Shown in pieces: positions 58,900-64,000 of a stretch of 64,000 nucleotides of DNA; the first letter of the stretch is position 1; each line of letters begins with the position of its first letter. Position numbers and translations under genes: made by a program. The notes under the pieces are model-generated. The model was not told where the DNA came from, searched no databases, and saw only the letters and a list, made by a program, of their open reading frames with translations. Source of the stretch: an uncultured Actinomycetota bacterium (GTDB lineage Bacteria > Actinomycetota > Actinomycetes > Mycobacteriales > Jatrophihabitantaceae); the NCBI GenBank assembly GCA_963709985.1, contig CAVPYQ010000009.1, forward strand, positions 857 to 64,856, written 5' to 3'.

Positions 58900-59922
58900 C
58901 GGCAGCCATCCTCGCGGTCCGGCCGAACTTCGAGCATCTGGCTCGGCTGACCGACAAGCGGGGACTCTTCGAACATGCGCGGTACTCGACGCCACGCCCG
59001 GAGCACGGTTACTGCCTCGACGACGTCGCGCGCGCCCTGGTCGTCGTATGCCGCGAGCCGGGTCCCGACCTGCGGATACAGCGACTAGCGCACATCTACC
59101 TCGACTTCGTGCTGGCTGCCGTTGCGCCCGATGGACGCTGCCATAACCGGATGAACACCGACGGCCGGTGGATCGACGAGCCGGGCCTCGGCGACTGGTG
59201 GGGACGCGCCTTGTGGGGACTGGGTGTCGCTGCCGTCCACGCGCCGACGGAGGGCATGCGCGCACGGGCCCTCTACGGCTTCCGCGGTGCGGCCCGGCAG
59301 CGTTCCCCGGATACCCGGGCCATGGCCTTTGCTGCGCTCGGCGCCGGTGAACTGTTGCTGCACCATCCGGGCGAGCCCGCGGCGCGAGTCGTTGCTGCGC
59401 GACAGCGCGAGCCGAATCGTCGCCGGCGTCGACGCAAGCAGGTGGCCCTGGCCCGAACCTCGTCTCACCTACGCCAACGGCAGCCTCGTCGAGGCGCTGC
59501 TGCTAGCCGGTAGCGCCCTGTCGGACGCCTCGCTTCTCAGCCGGGGGCTGGACCTGCTTCGCTTCCTGTGCGAGGCAGAGACACGGGACGGCCACTTGTC
59601 GGTAACGCCGGTCGGCGGCCGGGGACCGAGCGATCCGTATCCAGGTTTCGACCAGCAACCGATCGAGGTGGCCGCACTCGCCGACGCGTGCGCCCGGGCA
59701 CACGCACTGGCTGCTGATCCCAGCTCGCTGATCACCTTGCGGTTGGCGTGGCGGTGGTTCCTCGGCGACAACGACAGCAACACCCCGATGTTCGACCCGG
59801 AGACAGGCGCCGGCTTCGACGGTCTGGAACGGGACGGCCGCAATCTCAACCAGGGCGCGGAGTCGACGCTGGCGATGCTGTCGACCGCGCAACACGCTCG
59901 CCGACTGGGCTTTCTGCAGTGA
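58896..59922 (+). pseudogene. Conserved hypothetical (alpha/alpha-barrel-like) protein of the glycan cluster, frame interrupted once (or sequencing indel)
   Basis: GTG 58896 overlaps the GT4 stop (GTGA). ..GAGELLLHHPGEP in one frame continues as ..SLLRDSASRIVAG..WPWPEPRLTYANGSLVEALL.. in another (shift at ~59370-59390). Confidence 0.65.
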
Positions 59923-61572
59923 GTGCCGTGCTGGCCCGCCGCACCGGTTCGGAGCTGCGCGCGGACACAGCACGAGTGGTTGCCCGGCTGTTCCTACCCG
60001 GCGAGGAGCCGACGGTCGCCCGATCGCGCACCGGAGCGGTCGTCGCTCGAGTTCTCGCCCTGGACGAGGCCACGGTGGAAGCGACTGCCGAGACGCTTCT
60101 CAAGGAGTTCGCCGGCCAGTACCCCGACTTTCCCTCGCTCGTCGCGCGGCACGCGTCGATCGTCAGCTCGCACCTCGACCAGGCCCTGGAACTGAGCGCC
60201 GCGCGCACAGTGTTGCTCGGTGCCACGTTCACCGCCGCCTACTCGGTAGAAGGGGCGGCATTGTGCAATCCCAGTGCCGTGCTGCATCCGGACCAGGGTG
60301 GGTTGCAGCCTGGGCAGGCTCGGGTGGCATTGAGCGTTCGCGGCATCGGCGAGGGGCATGTGTCCTCGATCGGCTTTGCCACCGCCGTCATCGGTCCGGC
60401 GGCGACGTGGCAATTCGATCCCCGGCCGTTGCCCGCTTTCGCGGGGGCGGCCACCACCGCCCGATGGCGCACCATGCATCTGGGCGCCGTGCTCGCGGGC
60501 CGGGCCAACCTCGACGAGATCACCAGCACCGTGCTTCGGGCGCTGCCGAGCGACTTCGACGCCGCCGACTTCGAACGAGTGCTGAGCAAGGTGCATCCCG
60601 ACCTGCTCGGTCGACCGAGCGCCACGTCAGCCGTCGACCACATGCGTACGGCCGTCTCCTCCGCCTACGAGGTGAGCTTCCCGGCCGAGGTCGCCTTGGG
60701 GCAGCAGGTACTCATGCCGGCAAACGCCGACGAGAGCAACGGCATGGAGGACGCAAGGTTCGTCCGCTTCGTCGATGGCGACGGGAAGACGGACTACCGC
60801 GCGACCTACACCGCCTATGACGGACACCGCATCGCAATACGAATGCTGACCAGCCCGGATCTGCGCACGTTTCGCGCGCTTCCGTTGACCGGGGTGGCGC
60901 GCGCATAACAAGGGCATGGCCCTGTTTCCCCGGCTGGTCGCGGGACGACACCTCGCCCTGTGCCGATCAGACGGCGAGACGACCGGCCTGGCCAGTTCGC
61001 CCGACGGCTTCACCTGGACACCCTGGCAAACGCTGCAGAAACCGGCGGAGGCGTGGGAACTCGTGCAGGTCGGCAATTGCGGGTCACCGATCGAGACCGA
61101 TGCCGGGTGGCTCGTGATCACCCACGGCGTCGGGCCGATGCGCACCTACAGCATCGGCGCGATCCTGCTCGACCTTGACGATCCCACCCGCGTTCTCGGC
61201 CGGCTCCGCTCCCCGCTGCTACAGCCGGCGGCGGACGAGCGTGACGGGTACGTGCCCAACGTCGTCTATTCGTGCGGCGCCCTGCTCCACGACGGAGTGG
61301 TGTGGATCCCTTACGGCATAGGCGATATCCGGATCGGCGTGGCCTGGGTTCCCTTGGACGAGTTGCTCACCGCGCTGACCGTCGAACGGCGAGATCGCAC
61401 GCTCAAGAAGCGCGAGTCAGCACCCGTTCGTAGACGCGCAGGTAGTCGTCCACCATCCGATCCACTCCGAACCGTTCGGCAGCGCGCGCCCGTACGAGCG
61501 CGCGATCAAGGCGCGTCGCGGTCTCGATCGCCTCGACGGCAGACGCAACATCGTGGACGAGATACCCCGTGA
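59919..61572 (+). pseudogene. GH130-family glycosidase/phosphorylase with N-terminal extension, frame interrupted once; 3' end uncertain
   Basis: GTG 59919 overlaps the upstream stop (GTGA). NGMEDARFVRFVDGDGKTDYRATYTAYDG...LPLTG, then a shift at ~60900-60907. It continues as NKGMALFPRLVAGRHLAL...GWLVITHGVG...YSIGAILLDLDDP...VVYSCGAL...WIPYGIGD. The first in-frame stop (61572) overlaps the convergent GT4 gene by 170 nt. Confidence 0.75.
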
Positions 61573-62413
61573 CGCCCACGTCGATCACCTCGGCCATGGA
61601 ACCGCGCTGGTACGCCACAACCGGTGTGCCACAGGCCATCGCCTCGACCACCGAGAGTCCGAACGGTTCGGCAAAGTCGATCGGATGCAACAGAACCGCC
61701 GCCGAGCCAAGGATTTCTGCTCGCCGCTCCGAAGCGACCGAACCCAGATAGACGACTCGCTCACCGTCGATATGCGGCTCAACTTCCTCGGCAAAATACT
61801 TCTCGTCCTGAACGATTCCGCAGATCACCAGGTCGCGGCCGGCTGCTCGCGCGATGGCGATCGCCTGCGCGGTTCCCTTGTCCGGATGGATGCGCCCGAA
61901 CGCGACGAGGTGTCGCCCGGGCGTGGATTGCAGCGACAGCGCATCGAGGTCGATGCCGTGATAGACGGTGGCCACGTATTCCAGATCGGGGTCGCGGTCG
62001 GCGTCGGAGATCGCCACATAAGACGACCTCGCCTGGGCGTAGGCCGGCAATATCCCGGCACCGGAGAAGCCGTGAATGGTCGTCACCATCGGCGCACGCG
62101 AATGTGCCGCGAATGCAAGGGGAAGCCAGTCCATCTGGTTGTGCACCAGGTCGAATTCCCCTGATCGGGCCAGCGCCTGCGCGACGTGCAAGGCCTCCCA
62201 GACCCGGCCGTCCATCGCCGGATCCTCGGCGTAACCGTGCGGGCATACACCGGCGAGCGTGGCCTTGGTCAGTGAATCAAGCGTCGCGAACAGCGTGACA
62301 TCGACGCCGCGAGCGACCAGGCCCTCCGTCAGCAGGCTCGTCACCAGTTCCCACGGCCCGTAGTGCTCCGGTGGGGTACGCCAGGCGACGGGTCCGAGCA
62401 TCGCGACCTTCAC
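61403..62413 (-). CDS. GT4-family glycosyltransferase
   Basis: GTG start. FGRIHPDKG, EPFGLSVVEAMACGTPVVAY (Ex7E). Confidence 0.9.
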   Translation of the reverse strand: MKVAMLGPVAWRTPPEHYGPWELVTSLLTEGLVARGVDVTLFATLDSLTKATLAGVCPHGYAEDPAMDGRVWEALHVAQALARSGEFDLVHNQMDWLPLAFAAHSRAPMVTTIHGFSGAGILPAYAQARSSYVAISDADRDPDLEYVATVYHGIDLDALSLQSTPGRHLVAFGRIHPDKGTAQAIAIARAAGRDLVICGIVQDEKYFAEEVEPHIDGERVVYLGSVASERRAEILGSAAVLLHPIDFAEPFGLSVVEAMACGTPVVAYQRGSMAEVIDVGVTGYLVHDVASAVEAIETATRLDRALVRARAAERFGVDRMVDDYLRVYERVLTRAS

Positions 62414-62440
62414 CGTCGGCTGTGGTCGACGACTGCGCCG

Positions 62441-62575
62441 CTACTTGGTGTGACGTGGTTTGCGAGCAGGGACTATTTCCAGTCGACTGGTCGCGATGCC
62501 CTCGCCGGTCGCCTTGACTTTCTTGTCCTGTTTGGGTTTGCGGACTTCTCGGCCGCCTTTGTTCTTCGCCGCCAT
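62441..62575 (-). CDS. Hypothetical small Lys/Arg-rich protein (44 aa)
   Basis: Not in the track (<60 aa). MAAKNKGGREVRKPKQDKKVKATGEGIATSRLEIVPARKPRHTK. GGAG lies 7 nt upstream of the ATG. It ends 28 nt upstream of the GT4 start. Confidence 0.35.
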   Translation of the reverse strand: MAAKNKGGREVRKPKQDKKVKATGEGIATSRLEIVPARKPRHTK

Positions 62576-62644
62576 CGAGCACTCCAGGATCGCAGGGACA
62601 GGTTCCGGGTGCTCCCCACGCCACGGTCTCGGTTGAGGCTGACG

Positions 62645-63118
62645 TTACGCCGAAATGCGCCCAGACTGCGCGGCGAGTTCGAGGATCCGCTGCGGTCGTT
62701 CCATGCTGCCGACCCCGCCGGTCATTGCCAGCGCCTGCTCGGCGACGTCAACATCGGTTTGCGGAGCGATGACCAGCAGGTCGATATGTTCGCGGCCCCA
62801 CGGGTCGACGAGCGAGAGCAACAACGGGTTCTGCCTGCGGAATCCCCCGAGTCGAACGACACGCCCTTCGACCTCGATCCGGCGTGGCGCTGCATCCCAG
62901 AACTCGAGGTTGTAGGTCACCCGCGTTACATTCCGGCAGGCCGTCCACAACACGTCCAGTAGCGGCGGGAGTTCAGCGGCCAGGTCGAGCGAGCGCGGCC
63001 ACCATCCGGCGTCGACGAATCCCGCACCGGACACCGGTTGCCGGAAGCTGATTCTGGCGGGCGCAGGCTTCGCCGGCGTGGGCTTGAGCGGTGGAGGTAG
63101 TTCGCTGACAGTTGTCAT
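62645..63118 (-). CDS. DUF5994-family protein
   Basis: GFVDAGWWPRSLDLAAELPPLLDVLW, VTRVTYNLEFWD, IDLLVIAPQTD. The start is ATG 63118 or 63142. Confidence 0.75.
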   Translation of the reverse strand: MTTVSELPPPLKPTPAKPAPARISFRQPVSGAGFVDAGWWPRSLDLAAELPPLLDVLWTACRNVTRVTYNLEFWDAAPRRIEVEGRVVRLGGFRRQNPLLLSLVDPWGREHIDLLVIAPQTDVDVAEQALAMTGGVGSMERPQRILELAAQSGRISA

Positions 63119-63287
63119 GTCGTGTCCGTAAAGGCCAGCCAAGGCCGGTAGCCGATCGCCGGGGGCGAGGCGGCATGACAGCCGAAATCGCGAAACCCTC
63201 GGTAATCAGAAGCTTACGCGCCGATGTCGATCACCGATGTCGATCAACGGAGTCGTGCGATCTTCCTTTCCGCATCGAGTAGCTGCG

Positions 63288-64000
63288 TCACGGCAGGTAG
63301 CGGCGCCAGGCGTGGCGTAGCTCGGGCGCAACGCCGAGCCTGGTAGCCACTCGGTCATAGGCCAGGCCCGCGCGTTCGAGCGACGTCCGCAGCGCCACCA
63401 ACGTCGTTCGGTTCGGCGGTGGCTGACCAGCGACGAGGTCGGGGTGGACGGTCAGTTCCTGCAGGCGGTCATATTCGTTCTCATAGGCCTCGGCCGCGAC
63501 CAGAACCGCACTCCAGGCCTCGGTCAACTCATCCCCAGCCGTCGCCGATACGTCCGCCGATGCCGCCGGCGGTGGCGGCAGTTCGGCCGATCGGTTCGGC
63601 CGATTGCCGGCCGGAGAGGGAAATGTCGCGTGAAAGCCGGTGGTATCAGCGAGAACGGACCCAGCAACGTCGTCGGAGCGAGACATCGTCCACTCCGGCC
63701 GATAGCCCGGTAGCCCCGCGTAACGCAGCGCGATGATCCTGAGCTGCCGTTCGAGACTGGCAGTTGGCTGGTCGGCCGTCTGCGCTCGATACCGCAGCGC
63801 GAGTCGCTGGATGAATTCGCGGCGCCGTGGACTGGGCTCGGCTGGGGCCTGCACGAGGAGGAAGTCCACCAGGGGATCCAGCGTCTCGATAGGAGCTGCT
63901 TTGTCGATCAGAGTCGTCGTCGCTCTGGCGGGAGCCGCTACGACGGCCGCTTCGCCGGGATCGTCTTCGACGGCTGGTTGCGCGATTGCTGCGACTGGGC
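63288..64000 (-). CDS. Hypothetical protein, 5' end outside the window
   Basis: The frame stays open from the right edge to the stop at 63288. The track ORF (GTG 63869) is probably internal. I recognise no family. Confidence 0.4.
   Translation of the reverse strand, partial: PVAAIAQPAVEDDPGEAAVVAAPARATTTLIDKAAPIETLDPLVDFLLVQAPAEPSPRRREFIQRLALRYRAQTADQPTASLERQLRIIALRYAGLPGYRPEWTMSRSDDVAGSVLADTTGFHATFPSPAGNRPNRSAELPPPPAASADVSATAGDELTEAWSAVLVAAEAYENEYDRLQELTVHPDLVAGQPPPNRTTLVALRTSLERAGLAYDRVATRLGVAPELRHAWRRYLP

Noticed and set aside
22035-60908. Programmed ribosomal frameshifting as the explanation for the split genes
   Set aside because: There is no shared slippery heptamer or downstream structure. 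Both +1 and -1 directions occur. The junctions sit in ordinary short G/C runs, and the affected families are not known to use recoding.

Overview
High-G+C, actinobacterial-type chromosomal segment, densely coding on both strands (about 60 protein genes). I found no rRNA, tRNA, CRISPR array, transposase or integrase by eye.

Recognisable content, left to right:
- LAL-type LuxR regulator, stand-alone LigD polymerase domain, class-3 lipase, glutamate decarboxylase.
- furA-katG operon with a mycobacterial-looking FurA box and a probably leaderless furA.
- NUDIX hydrolase, M14 carboxypeptidase, and a secreted internally duplicated protein.
- K+ channel, ClC channel, DoxX protein and a universal stress protein.
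- A CGNR regulator followed by a small redox/hydrolase group.
- TetR with the SMR exporter SugE.
- A secreted bulb-lectin-NlpC/P60 hydrolase, divergent from a SARP regulator.
- A convergent NB-ARC/TPR-LuxR regulator.
- A DUF929-VKOR disulfide module and a SigE-type sigma/anti-sigma pair.
- A compact double 'ECF sigma + COE' cluster at about 41.7-48.9 kb. It holds two epoxide hydrolases, a carboxymuconolactone-decarboxylase-family gene, WrbA, and two sigma factors with C-terminal extensions.
- Serine hydrolase, molybdoenzyme-cytochrome b pair, Tat-secreted flavin amine oxidase.
- SBP-VWA fusion protein and an orphan polyamine SBP.
- A GT4/unknown/GH130/GT4 glycan cluster.

Most notable observations:
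1. Both ECF-sigma intergenic regions carry paired, strand-symmetric GTCACA/CTCACA-N16-CGTC/GCTC boxes that match the ECF41 promoter architecture.
2. There are 12 clear and 1 inferred single-site frame interruptions in otherwise intact genes, all between 22 and 61 kb. They are most likely consensus indel errors, but could be real pseudogenes.
3. A 26-nt repeat occurs at two distant 3' gene ends, once as a compound hairpin.
4. Several genes are joined by GTGA/ATGA overlaps, suggesting translational coupling.

I did not find a convincing novel multi-gene system such as a defence system. The lectin-NlpC/P60 + SARP pair and the dual ECF41-COE module are the best leads.

Hand-counted coordinates of small motifs may be off by 1-2 nt.
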